Assembly (NCBI GenBank): GCA_002295635.1
Contig: DBHK01000025.1
Span: forward strand, 135,898-199,897
DNA length: 64,000 nt
Direction of reading: 5' to 3'
Origin: Alphaproteobacteria bacterium UBA830
GTDB lineage: Bacteria > Pseudomonadota > Alphaproteobacteria > MPNO01 > UBA830
The notes below the pieces were generated by a model that saw nothing but the letters and a program-made list of their open reading frames with translations, was not told the origin of the DNA and made no database searches. The position numbers and the translations under genes are program-made. Below are positions 37,020-47,744 of the stretch, piece by piece. How positions within the stretch are numbered: position 1 is the stretch's first letter; every line of letters starts with the position of its first letter.

Positions 37020-37715
37020 TCACTGTTTAACCCCGGCAATGCGAATACCAAAAATAGCAGTCCCCACCCTAACCTCCGTCGCACCGAGGCGTACACCGGT
37101 TTGGTAGTCCGCCGACATCCCCATGCTGAGACGGCTAAGATCGTTACGGTCCGCAATTTCGCCTAGCAGCGCAAAGTGCAAAGCTGCATTTTCTCCGATC
37201 GGAGGTATGCACATCAACCCGACGACCGGTAGTGAATATTCACCCCGACATTTTTCAATAAATGCATCGACCTCGCCAAGTAGTACACCATTTTTTTGAG
37301 GCTCCTCGCCGGTGTTCACCTGAACAAATACCTCAGGGCGGCGATCTTGGCGATCCATCTCCCGTGCTAGAATTTGAGCAAGCTTCTCACGATCCAGTGT
37401 TTGAATAATGTCAAACAACGCAACCGCATCTCCCGCCTTGTTTGACTGCAGTGGCCCTATGAGATGGAGGATACAATCCGGATAGGCATCCTTTAACGCT
37501 AACCATTTGCCCTTGGCTTCCTGTATGCGATTTTCGCCAAACACCCGGTGCCCGGACCTCAGCGCCGCAACAACCAGCTCCTGCGGTTGAGATTTCGAGA
37601 CCGCGATTAGCGACACCGAGTCAGGGTCTCTACCCACTTCATTGGCCGCCGCGACAATTTCTGAGCGCACGCCCTCGAGTTTTGTTGTAATTTTGGTCTC
37701 TGATGTCATTTGCAC
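37020..37715 (-). CDS. yggS: YggS-family pyridoxal-phosphate homeostasis protein
   Basis: The PLP-lysine region is LIAVSKSQP. HLIGPLQSNK, LSMGMSADY and VRVGTAIFG are all characteristic of this family. Confidence 0.9.
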   Translation of the reverse strand: MQMTSETKITTKLEGVRSEIVAAANEVGRDPDSVSLIAVSKSQPQELVVAALRSGHRVFGENRIQEAKGKWLALKDAYPDCILHLIGPLQSNKAGDAVALFDIIQTLDREKLAQILAREMDRQDRRPEVFVQVNTGEEPQKNGVLLGEVDAFIEKCRGEYSLPVVGLMCIPPIGENAALHFALLGEIADRNDLSRLSMGMSADYQTGVRLGATEVRVGTAIFGIRIAGVKQ

Positions 37716-38030
37716 CTGAGATTAAGGCATTAATCCCACTATTAAAATGAGATTGGTCAGGATCCTCTTACAAACTATTGTAATGACAGGATCGACCCCT
37801 CCAAAAAATAATCTTTATCCCCCGAAACACAGAGTCTTGGTGCGTTGAAGATATAAAAAAGATAAAAGACGCGCCTCCCACCACAAAACAAAATTTGCAG
37901 CAGTAACTAAGCTATAGGTATCGGTGTAATTTGTCCCACTGGTTCCCTCGCCCGAAAACCAAGTTTTCTCTCCGACAGGTTTAAGGGTTGTCTCGTTCTA
38001 TTGATTTTGCACAGATTGAGAGGTTGTCTT

Positions 38031-38056
38031 AAAAAAGGGGCGGCATAAGCCGCCCC
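38031..38056 (-). terminator. Rho-independent terminator downstream of the porin gene
   Basis: On the minus strand, the 8-bp GC stem GGGGCGGC / GCCGCCCC (38037-38044 and 38049-38056) has a 4-nt loop. A run of six U follows (plus-strand AAAAAA at 38031-38036). The structure lies 27 nt after the porin stop. Confidence 0.85.
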
Positions 38057-38082
38057 TTAAATCGTTCAATCAAGATCAAGTC

Positions 38083-39195
38083 TTAGAAGCTGACCTTGAG
38101 GCGGCCGGCGATGGCTTCGCCAGAGTTAGACGTGGCGGAAGTCGCTCCCACCGCACCATCGTTGTAGTCAGCTGACCAAGCGGTAAGCGAGAAGTTAACG
38201 CCCGGAGCAACAGCACGGGACCAAGCAACCGCGAGGATCGACTGGTCGTCACCGTCACCGGCAGCACCAGCATCAGTTACAGTCTCGGATTCCGCGAGTG
38301 CAACACTGAACTTATTGGCACCCATCTTGTAGTTTGCACCAATTTCAAAAGTTTCCAGTCCAGCAACTGCAGTTGCACCAGTACTAATAGTGCTTACCTC
38401 TGCGCGCTCAACAAAGCTCGCCTGGATGTTAACACCCGAGAAACCAACCTTAGCAGCGATGGCCATAACCTCAGGATCATCCTGGTTGACGGTTGACTCT
38501 GCGTAGGTCTCGTAAGAGGCGGCAATAGCGATGCTCGTGCCATCCATTTTGGTGACATAGTTCACACCGAGTGATCTACCGTGCGAGTCGACCGTTGTGG
38601 CTTCACGGCCACCGTTGCTGTCCTGCGATCTCGCAGGAACGTAACCTACGCCAAGCTGGAAACCTGACATCCGGGGGGAGTACCAAGCCACACCCTCAGA
38701 GTCAGAAGTAAGGTCCGCAAAGTTTGCGTTGCCTGTCGTAACGCCGCCAGGATTGGAGACAAACCTTGACGTATCAAACGGAAGGCTCAGTCCGACGCCA
38801 GCCGAAGAGCCCTGATAGCCCGCAGTCATCGTCTTCGCAACCATATCCGTCGAACCAACACGGATCTCACCGAACGAGCCGGAAATACGCATCCAGTGTT
38901 CGTCGATTTGGTCACCGTCTGTGTTACCTTCTAGCTCAATGCGTGCCTTAATCTTGATGCCGTTATCAAGCTTAGTTGATGCATTGAAGTGGATTTCAGC
39001 GTCCTGTTGGACGTCCCAATCGTTAATGCTGCTGGTTTGGGTAGCGGCGTCAAACGCAGCGTCATTTTCACCAACGCCGAAAATTACCGACGTGTTACCG
39101 TTGACGGTCAATTTCGGCTTAGCAATAGCCGTACCGCCAAAGGCTACCAGACCGGCAGCAACTAAAGCGGTGGAAGTAAGTAGATGCTTCTTCAT
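38083..39195 (-). CDS. Outer-membrane porin (alphaproteobacterial general porin type)
   Basis: It has a signal peptide (MKKHLLTSTALVAAGLVAFGGTAIA), alternating beta-strand composition rich in G/S/T/A/D/N, and a C-terminal Phe (...RLKVSF). A GGAGGG RBS precedes the ATG at 39195. Confidence 0.8.
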   Translation of the reverse strand: MKKHLLTSTALVAAGLVAFGGTAIAKPKLTVNGNTSVIFGVGENDAAFDAATQTSSINDWDVQQDAEIHFNASTKLDNGIKIKARIELEGNTDGDQIDEHWMRISGSFGEIRVGSTDMVAKTMTAGYQGSSAGVGLSLPFDTSRFVSNPGGVTTGNANFADLTSDSEGVAWYSPRMSGFQLGVGYVPARSQDSNGGREATTVDSHGRSLGVNYVTKMDGTSIAIAASYETYAESTVNQDDPEVMAIAAKVGFSGVNIQASFVERAEVSTISTGATAVAGLETFEIGANYKMGANKFSVALAESETVTDAGAAGDGDDQSILAVAWSRAVAPGVNFSLTAWSADYNDGAVGATSATSNSGEAIAGRLKVSF

Positions 39196-39789
39196 TTTTT
39201 CCCTCCAGGGAAATTTTAAGCTAGCAGCGGTCCACCTCATGCGGAACACCACGTTTGCTTTTATTTAAAAACTCTCAGGCGCAATAATAAAAGAGGCCTT
39301 CGATTGGGTTATTTTTAGGGGAGAAATTCAGCGGCTTCAATAAAATCAACGGTTAGTGCCAAAAAAAACACCCTGCTGTGGCATAAATAACACATATCAC
39401 GCTGGCTGGCCGTTTTCGGTTATCGCTTGGGGCAAATATGAGTGTTACTCAGAGGTCTCATATTTCTATTTTATGGGGCTCACGCTTTGTCGGGGGTTTT
39501 TTGCCAAGCCCCCATCCCCGCGAAATATGGCTCAAACAAGATGACGAAGTAGTCCTAAACATCATACAATGCAGACAGGCTCGGTAAGTTTTCCAGAACG
39601 GGTTCCGTTTTCGTTCAAAATACGGGTGTATTACTCTGTATCTCAGGAGTAGAATTATACTCCGGATTATTCGAAACAATAAACAGATCAGCGATCCCGC
39701 AAGATTGCCGACGTAAGGGTGTAAGATAAAATTGCTATGGTTAACTGTAATATGCTCGCCCCGTACAGAGAATGGAGAGGAACAAAGGA

Positions 39790-40347
39790 ATGACCATAAA
39801 TAAGTGGTGCCAGGCCACTTTGCTGGTGACCGGAATCGCGTTGTCGGGCTGCGGCGGTCCTATGATCAACCCTATGGACGACCCCGATACATTTGAACCT
39901 GGCCAAGCAAAACGGGGCTACTACAACGACGGAGGAAGTTTCTTCGGAGGCGATGGCGTTGATCTTTCAAGCATTGTTGGCCTTTCAGATAACGACCGCT
40001 CAACCCCAAAAGGGGTAGGCATCGGTGTTAATACCTATCTTTGGCGTGCGGCCCTAGATACAATGGCCTTTATGCCTCTTTCGTCAGCCGACCCGTTCGG
40101 AGGCGTTATAATAACCGATTGGTATACGCCGCCCGAAACGCCTGATGAGCGTTTTAAGATGAATATATACATCTTGGGCCGACAGTTACGCACGGATGGT
40201 GTTCGTGTGGCCGTGTTCCGTCAGAGCCGAGATGGGAGCCAATGGGTCGACGCAAGTGTGGAGAAGAAGACCTCGGTGAAACTGGAAAACCAGATACTTG
40301 TTCGCGCCCGACAGCTTCGAGTTGCAGTGCGATCAGCCGGAAACTGA
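39790..40347 (+). CDS. DUF3576-like lipoprotein
   Basis: The lipobox is LLVTGIALSGC. The conserved core is YLWRAALDTMAFMPLSSADPFGGVIITDWY. Lying upstream of leuS is the common position in alphaproteobacteria. The start could also be the ATG at 39772. Confidence 0.7.
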   Translation: MTINKWCQATLLVTGIALSGCGGPMINPMDDPDTFEPGQAKRGYYNDGGSFFGGDGVDLSSIVGLSDNDRSTPKGVGIGVNTYLWRAALDTMAFMPLSSADPFGGVIITDWYTPPETPDERFKMNIYILGRQLRTDGVRVAVFRQSRDGSQWVDASVEKKTSVKLENQILVRARQLRVAVRSAGN

Positions 40348-40496
40348 GGGACACAAACTGAAGCGTTGCAGCCAAACACACACGTGCACACACCATATAT
40401 TTTAATCGAGCCCAATTTTGCATATGAGTCGATCGGGGTGATGCGCAGGACTTACCGTCACCAAACCTTTTTTTAAACATTTGGGAATCACACCCA

Positions 40497-43049
40497 ATGC
40501 CAGCTAAAGACAAACCTTCGCGATACGCATTCAAAGCCGCCGAGGACAGATGGCAAGCCGCATGGGATGCCGGGCAATGTTTTGCCGCGCGCGACAATTT
40601 GAACCAGCCAAAATATTACGTCCTTGAAATGTTTCCTTATCCGTCGGGTCGTATACACATGGGCCATGTCCGCAACTATACGATGGGAGACGTCGTTGCG
40701 CGATACAAGCGCGCACGCGGATTTAACGTCCTTCACCCAATGGGGTGGGATGCTTTCGGCATGCCGGCGGAAAACGCCGCCATGGAAAAAAACGTGCACC
40801 CGGCTGAATGGACCTACGCCAACATCGACACCATGCGTCGGCAGTTAAAGATGATGGGACTATCAATCGATTGGTCCCGAGAAATCGCGACCTGCCATCC
40901 AGCTTACTATCGCCACGAGCAGAAAATGTTTTTAGACTTCCTTGAATCGGGGCTAATAGAGCGGCGAGAAGGCTGGGTCAACTGGGACCCGGTTGACCAA
41001 ACCGTCTTGGCCAATGAACAGGTGATAGACGGCAAAGGATGGCGATCGGGCGCCCCGGTTGAAAAACGGCGGCTGTCCCAGTGGTTCTTCAAGATCACAG
41101 ATTATGCGCAGGATCTGCTAGACGCCCTGGACACACTTGACCGGTGGCCGGAAAAAGTACGGTTGATGCAGGCAAATTGGATTGGACGATCTGAGGGCCT
41201 GAAGATTTCGTTCGAGATGGCAAATCGCGATGACAGGCTCGAGGTCTATACAACCCGAGCGGATACTATTTTTGGTGCAAGCTTCTGCGCTATTTCGCCA
41301 GAGCACCCCTTAGCGGGTGAACTGGCGACTGGAAATACGGGTTTAAAGGAATTCATCGACGAATGCGGTCGGTTGGGCACATCGGAAGCCGTTATCGAAA
41401 AAGCTGAGAAAATCGGCTTTGATACCGGGCTTCAGGTCCACCATCCATTTATTGATGGAAAAACCCTGCCGGTCTATGTCGCAAACTTCATCCTAATGGA
41501 ATACGGAACAGGTGCGATATTCGGCTGTCCAGCCCATGATCAACGAGATCTAGATTTCGCCAGAAAGTATAACCTCGACGTCTTGCCGGTGGTTATTCCT
41601 TTGGAATCAAGGGAGTTTTCGATTGGTGATGAGGCATATACTGGCCCAGGTATGCTTGCAAATTCCGATTTTCTAGACGGCTTATCTGTCGACGCGGCAA
41701 AAGCGGAGGTCTCTGATCGCTTGGAGGCCACCATGCGCGGGAAGCGGGAGGTGAATTTTCGTTTACGGGACTGGGGAATTTCGCGCCAGCGTTACTGGGG
41801 CTGTCCGATTCCAGTCATTCACTGTGACAAATGCGGCGTCGTCCCAGTCCCGGCCTCGGATCTCCCGGTTGTTCTGCCGGATGACGTCAGCTTCGACGAG
41901 CCGGGCAACCCACTAAACAACCATGAAGCATGGAAATCTGTCGATTGCCCACTCTGCGGCGATTGCGCAACTCGTGAGACCGACACATTCGATACGTTTG
42001 TTGATTCGTCTTGGTATTTCGCGCGCTTTACCGAGCCTAGCGCTGACACACCCACAGACCAAGGTGCTGCAGATTACTGGCTCCCGGTCGATCAATATAT
42101 CGGAGGGATCGAACACGCCATCCTACACCTCCTATATTCTCGCTTTTACATGAGAGCCATGACCCAAATCGGTCATGGCAGCGTCGACGAACCTTTCGCT
42201 GGCCTGTTCACGCAGGGTATGATCTGTCACGAGACATATCGGACCGACAAGGGGGAGTGGGTAGAACCTACCAACATTGTCGAAGGCGAGGGGGGGGCAG
42301 TTATTAAAGCCGATACCCTCGAACCTGTTATTGTTGGGCGATCCGAGAAAATGTCCAAATCGAAAAAGAACGTCATTGATCCTGAAGACATCATCAAAAC
42401 CTACGGCGCCGATACCGCCCGGTGGTTTATGCTTTCCGACAGCCCGCCGGATCGCGACCTTGACTGGACCGAGGCCGGAATAAGCGGGGCCTGGCGTTTC
42501 ACCAACCGACTGTGGCGGCTGGTAGCCGGTACCGCAAACACCCTGCCAGAATATAAGGAAAATAACGCCAACATAGATCTCCGACGCGCCATTCATACCG
42601 CAATAGCGGGAGTCACTGAGGACCTAGAAACATTTCATTTCAACCGAGCCATCGCCCGCGTACACGAACTTGTCAATGTACTCGCCGACGTCGACCCAAA
42701 GATCGATGGCCCCGCGCTTCGCGAGGGATTGGAAACAGTGACGCTACTCATCGGCCCGATGATGCCGCACTTGGCAGAAGAACTATGGCAGATTCTTGGA
42801 TACCAAACGCTTGTCGCGGAGACCGGGTGGCCTGAATTCGACTCAAATCTCCTTGTCCGGGATACTGTTAAAATTGCCGTACAGGTGCGCGGAAAAATGC
42901 GGGGTACTGTGGAAATCACCAATGATGCCGAGCAAAAGGAGGCGGAAGCAGCGGCACTTTCGCTGCCGACCGTAGCCGCGGCGCTCGGCGGCGACGATGT
43001 GAAGAAGATCATTTATGTCCCTAACAGGATCATAAATGTTATTCACTAG
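40497..43049 (+). CDS. leuS: Leucine--tRNA ligase
   Basis: The class I motifs are present: the HIGH region ([15 protein letters not shown]) and KMSKS ([13 protein letters not shown]). The length (850 aa) and overall pattern also fit. Confidence 0.97.
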   Translation: MPAKDKPSRYAFKAAEDRWQAAWDAGQCFAARDNLNQPKYYVLEMFPYPSGRIHMGHVRNYTMGDVVARYKRARGFNVLHPMGWDAFGMPAENAAMEKNVHPAEWTYANIDTMRRQLKMMGLSIDWSREIATCHPAYYRHEQKMFLDFLESGLIERREGWVNWDPVDQTVLANEQVIDGKGWRSGAPVEKRRLSQWFFKITDYAQDLLDALDTLDRWPEKVRLMQANWIGRSEGLKISFEMANRDDRLEVYTTRADTIFGASFCAISPEHPLAGELATGNTGLKEFIDECGRLGTSEAVIEKAEKIGFDTGLQVHHPFIDGKTLPVYVANFILMEYGTGAIFGCPAHDQRDLDFARKYNLDVLPVVIPLESREFSIGDEAYTGPGMLANSDFLDGLSVDAAKAEVSDRLEATMRGKREVNFRLRDWGISRQRYWGCPIPVIHCDKCGVVPVPASDLPVVLPDDVSFDEPGNPLNNHEAWKSVDCPLCGDCATRETDTFDTFVDSSWYFARFTEPSADTPTDQGAADYWLPVDQYIGGIEHAILHLLYSRFYMRAMTQIGHGSVDEPFAGLFTQGMICHETYRTDKGEWVEPTNIVEGEGGAVIKADTLEPVIVGRSEKMSKSKKNVIDPEDIIKTYGADTARWFMLSDSPPDRDLDWTEAGISGAWRFTNRLWRLVAGTANTLPEYKENNANIDLRRAIHTAIAGVTEDLETFHFNRAIARVHELVNVLADVDPKIDGPALREGLETVTLLIGPMMPHLAEELWQILGYQTLVAETGWPEFDSNLLVRDTVKIAVQVRGKMRGTVEITNDAEQKEAEAAALSLPTVAAALGGDDVKKIIYVPNRIINVIH

Positions 43050-43584
43050 CGATCATGGCGCCTGGAATCGCCGCCGCTTGGGCCTCGCTATTTATGGAGC
43101 GGCAACACTGCTGTTATCGGGTTGCAGCTTTCAGCCGATCCATGGGGATAGATCGGCAGCGTCCGGCAGGGCACTCGCAAACTTCGAGATCGCTAAAATT
43201 GCGGATCGAACCGGACAGATGATGCGCAATGAACTATTGCAGCAACTACAACCCCGCGGCCGCGCGCGGACACCGCGGTTCAAACTAAGTGTCTATCTGA
43301 CCGAAAGCCGAAGCAACCTCGCTATTAGAAAAGATGACGTTGCGACTCGGGCAAATCTAACGCTAGCAGCCTCATACGCCGTCGCGAACAGGTCTGATGG
43401 TACACAGCTATTATCAGGGCAGACTCGTTCAGTAAATAGCTACAACATATTGACTTCAGACTTCGCAACGCTCAGCGCCCAGGCCGATGCGCGTAACCGC
43501 GCAATACGGCAACTCGCGCGCAATATTAAGGAACGTCTTGCCGTCTGGCTTGTCCAGACGGGAGGCCATCCGGGTACACGATGA
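43036..43584 (+). CDS. lptE: LPS-assembly lipoprotein LptE
   Basis: The lipobox is [10 protein letters not shown]. The position immediately after leuS and before holA is the conserved leuS-lptE-holA order. Confidence 0.75.
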   Translation: MLFTSDHGAWNRRRLGLAIYGAATLLLSGCSFQPIHGDRSAASGRALANFEIAKIADRTGQMMRNELLQQLQPRGRARTPRFKLSVYLTESRSNLAIRKDDVATRANLTLAASYAVANRSDGTQLLSGQTRSVNSYNILTSDFATLSAQADARNRAIRQLARNIKERLAVWLVQTGGHPGTR

Positions 43585-44609
43585 AAGTTCCCGCCGCGCG
43601 CGCGGATGTTTTCGTCGCTAACCCACCCGATGATATCCGCGGCATGCTGATCTACGGGCCCGACCTCGGTCTGGTCCGGGAACGCGCGGAATCTTTGACC
43701 AAAACTATTGCCGGTAGTTTATCCGATCCATTTAATGTCGCCGAATTCACGCCGGCAGACCTCCGAAACGATCCGTCGCGACTGATCGATGAGGCATGCG
43801 CCCTTTCGATGATGGGGGGGCGCCGGGTGGTACGGTTAAGGGAAGCAACTGAAGCGGTCACCAGCGCTGCGACTGATGCCCTGGAAGCAAATGGGGACGC
43901 CCTGATCATTATTGAAGCCGGCGATCTCAATCCTCGATCCAAACTACGTGGTTTGTTCGAAAAAGGTAATGGGGTCGCCAGCATCCCATGCTATATGGAC
44001 GAAGAAGCAAGCCTAAAAGATCTTGTTCTCAATTCGCTAAACGACGCCGGCCTAAAGGCCGACAAGAGTGTTGTGTCTTGGATCACTAGCAATCTGGGCG
44101 CCGACCGGATGGTTAGCCGAATGGAACTCGAGAAGTTAGTACTATTTATGTTGGGACAATCTGAAGTGACCCTCGAAAGCGCACAAGCGATAATTGGTGA
44201 TGCTGCCGCCATCACCTCAGACGACGTCGTTTTCGCAGCAGCGGGCGGGGATCTGAAAGGGCTAACAGTTGCGCTTTCACGAGCCCGTTTCGAGGGCGTG
44301 TCAGCGGTATCATTATTACGCGCCGCCAGCCGCCACCTATCGCGTTTGGAAGAAGTGGTAATAGCCATTACCGCCGGCGCAGCGCCCGACCAGGCGATGA
44401 AAAGTCTCCGCCCTCCAGTCTTTTTTAAACAGCAGATTGGTTTCAGAAACCAGATCAAGCTTTGGCGGCTCAAAACTTTAGCTCGCGCCCGCGCTGAACT
44501 TATTAAGGCCGAGATCGATTGTAAAACGTCGGGTATGCCAGACGACGCTCTTTGCGAACGAACGTTTATGCGCCTTGCTGCAATGGCTGGCGCCCGTGTT
44601 CCTAAGTAG
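43581..44609 (+). CDS. holA: DNA polymerase III subunit delta
   Basis: Size and position fit. The N-terminal pattern is LIYGPDLGLVRERAESL. The ATG overlaps the lptE stop (ATGA). Confidence 0.8.
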   Translation: MKVPAARADVFVANPPDDIRGMLIYGPDLGLVRERAESLTKTIAGSLSDPFNVAEFTPADLRNDPSRLIDEACALSMMGGRRVVRLREATEAVTSAATDALEANGDALIIIEAGDLNPRSKLRGLFEKGNGVASIPCYMDEEASLKDLVLNSLNDAGLKADKSVVSWITSNLGADRMVSRMELEKLVLFMLGQSEVTLESAQAIIGDAAAITSDDVVFAAAGGDLKGLTVALSRARFEGVSAVSLLRAASRHLSRLEEVVIAITAGAAPDQAMKSLRPPVFFKQQIGFRNQIKLWRLKTLARARAELIKAEIDCKTSGMPDDALCERTFMRLAAMAGARVPK

Positions 44610-45918
44610 ACCTTAACGGTTCTTCAAAACTTTTCGGGCCGTCCAAAACCGGCAGGACGCGGAGAAGCCAAACCGCGGAAATTACTTTGATAATGCATGG
44701 AACCAATGCGTAGGCCAGCGCAAGAGACAGGCCGACACCCGAAGTTAGAGACTGACCCGGCTGGTATCCAAGAGCACCCAGCGTTGGCAGCGAAAAACCA
44801 GTCGCTAGCGCCAGCGCGGATTTTGTACAGAAAGCGTTGGCCGCAAAAAAGCGACCAGCGCGTTGCTGATCTCTTTGGGCAACAATTCGGTCGGCAATAA
44901 TCGCTGGTGGTATTGCGAGATCCGCGCCCAACGCGCTGCCGGATAAAACACATATGCAGACAAATGGCAGAATGTCGCCACTAGAAAGTGTGAAGGCCCA
45001 GAGGAATGTGGCAACCGCAAGCGACATGCTGATCGCCCAAGTCTTAACTTTCCCCGTCCGTACTGCAATTTTTTGCCATACAGGCAGAAAAAGAGCTCCG
45101 CTCAGGAAATATGTAAATAGAAAAAGTCCGGAGAATTGCTCGGCTTCAAGACGGTCTCGAATATAGAATAGCACTAACACAGCGGGAATTGCGCTGGCCA
45201 AACTGCTGACAAAAAATATGCCGTAAAAGTGGCGAGCCCATCGGTCGCGCATTAAGCAAATAAAACCGGATGCTTGCGAGCCCGATACTTTGCGTCCCGA
45301 AACAATGGGTTGGTGCCGGCACCAGATATAGAACAGCCAAACACCTACGATAAAAATCGGCACTAAAATTAAGGTCAGCAGCGAGAAACTCGGTGCAGGC
45401 GCGAAAGTATCTTGGAGAACAGCGGGTAGGATTGACGCTGTCAAAATACCCAAAAGAGCGAATGCCTCGCGGATCCCAGTCACTCTGGTTCGATCTGATG
45501 ACGATACATTCCATAATCCGCCGAAAGCGTGGTAGTTGATTGTTACGATGCTGAAACCAGTCGTACAGAGCAATACTGATATCGCGAACCAGGTCAGCGG
45601 GTTTTCCTCGCCTAAAGTTGATAGCTTCGGATTGAACAAACCCGCAAAGCCGACCAGCAACAAGACCCCACCGCCTATGACAATCTCGAGTCTATGTCGA
45701 GAAAACCGATCGCTCAGGACACCGATCAATGGGTCCTGAAGTGCATCGATTACGCGAAGTAACATCAGGATGCCGCCGAGCAGCCCAATTGGCTGCATTA
45801 GGGCGGTTGCATAAAAATCTGGTGCGTGCAGATAAAGCGGTAGGCCCGCGAAAGACAGGGGCAGAGCTAAAGCTCCATAGAATATTAGCTTTGACCGGGC
45901 TGTTGGAGCTCCGGGCAT
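44602..45918 (-). CDS. MFS transporter (GPH/sugar-or-lipid:cation symporter-like)
   Basis: There are about 12 predicted hydrophobic helices and a DALQDPLIGVLSDR motif typical of the GPH family. I chose the ATG at 45918, just after the upstream stop. Confidence 0.75.
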   Translation of the reverse strand: MPGAPTARSKLIFYGALALPLSFAGLPLYLHAPDFYATALMQPIGLLGGILMLLRVIDALQDPLIGVLSDRFSRHRLEIVIGGGVLLLVGFAGLFNPKLSTLGEENPLTWFAISVLLCTTGFSIVTINYHAFGGLWNVSSSDRTRVTGIREAFALLGILTASILPAVLQDTFAPAPSFSLLTLILVPIFIVGVWLFYIWCRHQPIVSGRKVSGSQASGFICLMRDRWARHFYGIFFVSSLASAIPAVLVLFYIRDRLEAEQFSGLFLFTYFLSGALFLPVWQKIAVRTGKVKTWAISMSLAVATFLWAFTLSSGDILPFVCICVLSGSALGADLAIPPAIIADRIVAQRDQQRAGRFFAANAFCTKSALALATGFSLPTLGALGYQPGQSLTSGVGLSLALAYALVPCIIKVISAVWLLRVLPVLDGPKSFEEPLRST

Positions 45919-45923
45919 GGTAG

Positions 45924-46457
45924 CTATGTTCCTCCGAACAACGCTCGCCTCAAATCTGGCTCCGACGTTCTTGCACCAAGCCAAATATCGAAAAACCGGC
46001 GAGTGAAAGCGGGGTCTTTGACCTCTCCAATTTTATTGCCGTCGCGGAAGAAAACTGTATTGCCCTCATTATCTCTCACGCCGGTTAATCGTGTGCCGTC
46101 CGATACATTGGGGAAAATATCTTGAAGCTGCCCTCTCCAAGCGTTCAGCGTCAGATCATCATAGAAGCCTTGGCCGCGCATTTCCGAAATTGTTCGGTCA
46201 ACGATATCAGCTCCCTTGAGATCTCGGAGATATTTGAGGGAGAGCGCGAAGGGAGCGTCGGGGCGCCAACCGGTCATCGGCGCATATAGCTCCGCCCGAT
46301 AGACATCCCAAAAAAGGATTGTGAGAATCCCTTCACCGATTTTTCTCGGATTTTCAATATACCGGGCCACCGTATCAACGGTCGAACCCGCAAAAGTGGG
46401 CCCTAGCGGGAGCCAAAATGCGACAATCACCACTGGCAGCATTCGATAACTAGGCAT
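45924..46457 (-). CDS. Secreted chalcone-isomerase-fold (CHI-like) protein
   Basis: It has a signal peptide (MPSYRMLPVVIVAFWLPLGPTFAGS). The pattern FWDVYRAELY...LKYLRDL is as in CHI-like family proteins. I chose the start at 46457; the track's longer ORF would overlap the cfa-like gene by 188 nt. Confidence 0.65.
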   Translation of the reverse strand: MPSYRMLPVVIVAFWLPLGPTFAGSTVDTVARYIENPRKIGEGILTILFWDVYRAELYAPMTGWRPDAPFALSLKYLRDLKGADIVDRTISEMRGQGFYDDLTLNAWRGQLQDIFPNVSDGTRLTGVRDNEGNTVFFRDGNKIGEVKDPAFTRRFFDIWLGARTSEPDLRRALFGGT

Positions 46458-47619
46458 GACGCAATTCCACCTGCATAACATTAGTCCGGCCGCTGCGGAA
46501 CGCACCCGAACATGATGAAAGGTAAAAGCGCCACAGTCTGATAAATTTATCATCAAAGCCAAGGTCTCGGACCTGTTTGTATTTTTGGTCAAAAGTTGCA
46601 AGCCACCTATCGAGGGTTTCGGCGTAGTCTCCGCCAAATCTATATGTATCGTCTATTCGGAGGCCAGAGTGCGCGGCCTCCTCCCGGAAACGCTTTTCGC
46701 TTGGCAGAAGCCCGCCGGGAAAAATGCTATCCCGAATTGCATCGCCCCCACGTCGGTACGTTTCGAAATAATCGTCATCAATCGTTATAGCTTGGATGAT
46801 TGCCAGACCTTTCGGATCAAGCTGCGTTTTCAACCGGTCGAAGTACGTTCTCCAGTATCTTTCTCCAACCGCTTCAAACATTTCAATCGACACGATAGAT
46901 TCAAAGCTACGGCGCGGTTCCCGATAATCCTCGAGCCTAATATCTGCCTGACTGCCGACTACCTTCAGTCGCGCTCGCGCATAGCTCGCTTGTCCCGGTG
47001 AAATAGTCAGCCCGGTCACGTGATGATCCCGTTCTGCAATTGCGCGCTCGGCGAACCCGCCCCAACCGCATCCGATCTCCAGTACATCTCTGGCCACCCC
47101 ACCTAGCCTATCCAGAATACGGTCGTACTTGGCGAGTTGCCCATTCATTAGCGAGGTATCGGGTTTGGTAAAAATAGCAGACGAATAGCTCATGGTAGGA
47201 TCCAACCAAAGCGCATAGAAGTCGTTACCGAGATCGTAGTGGGCGTAAATATTGGAAAGGGCGCGACGGCGAGTGTTGGGTTTCAGTTGCCGAGAAAGCC
47301 AGAAAAGGGATCTCTTTACTGGGCTACCGGCTATCAGCCTGCCGAGCGCGGCCTCGTTCCTAAATGCGAATTCAACGAGTGCCCCGATATCGTCGCTATC
47401 CCATTTTCCCGCCTGATGATCCCGAGCGAAGGCCGCATCTCCGCCGACCGCCATGTTACATAGTACATCGGGGGAATGGATATCCAGATGGGCTTTTGGT
47501 CCTGATAAACTGCCCGAAAAGTCGTAACTGCAACCATCGTGAAGAATAATCCGAATGGAGCCGTATTCTATTCTTTCTAAAGATTTAAGGACCATTTCGT
47601 CCGTGTTCTTGTGCAGCAT
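46450..47619 (-). CDS. Cyclopropane-fatty-acyl-phospholipid synthase family SAM-dependent methyltransferase
   Basis: The motifs are HYDLGNDFYALWLDPTMSYSSAIF, the SAM loop VLEIGCGWGGFA, and the C-terminal RLWRFYLSSCSGAFR. Confidence 0.9.
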   Translation of the reverse strand: MLHKNTDEMVLKSLERIEYGSIRIILHDGCSYDFSGSLSGPKAHLDIHSPDVLCNMAVGGDAAFARDHQAGKWDSDDIGALVEFAFRNEAALGRLIAGSPVKRSLFWLSRQLKPNTRRRALSNIYAHYDLGNDFYALWLDPTMSYSSAIFTKPDTSLMNGQLAKYDRILDRLGGVARDVLEIGCGWGGFAERAIAERDHHVTGLTISPGQASYARARLKVVGSQADIRLEDYREPRRSFESIVSIEMFEAVGERYWRTYFDRLKTQLDPKGLAIIQAITIDDDYFETYRRGGDAIRDSIFPGGLLPSEKRFREEAAHSGLRIDDTYRFGGDYAETLDRWLATFDQKYKQVRDLGFDDKFIRLWRFYLSSCSGAFRSGRTNVMQVELRHA

Positions 47620-47744
47620 ATGGCCAAGCCCCGTTGCTATTAGGTGGACGCTTAAGCGGTTATCTCTCGAGAAGAATTACGCGCGATTTTCTGTCCTAGA
47701 TTTATTGAATATCACTCCATTTAAGCTCGCCACAACCCCGGGGG

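Noticed and set aside
40154-40799. Minus-strand ORFs of 147 aa and 103 aa spanning the DUF3576-leuS intergenic region
   Set aside because: They overlap the 3' end of the lipoprotein gene and the 5' end of leuS. Neither has a domain signature. They are most likely chance ORFs.
43991-44473. A 160-aa minus-strand ORF inside holA, and a 110-aa ORF at 43652-43984
   Set aside because: Both are antisense to holA, which fits the leuS-lptE-holA synteny. Their products are Ser/Arg-rich and shadow-like.
45924-46637. The long form of the CHI-like ORF (237 aa), which overlaps the cfa-like gene by 188 nt; similar long N-terminal extensions occur on other ORFs (parB 53376, CoxL 52286, YyaL 58552, ogt 62289, porin 39252, Trm112 991)
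   Set aside because: In each case an internal ATG gives a protein that starts at the family-typical N-terminus or signal peptide. It also removes an implausible overlap, often leaving an RBS or a coupled ATGA-type junction. I therefore trimmed these features.
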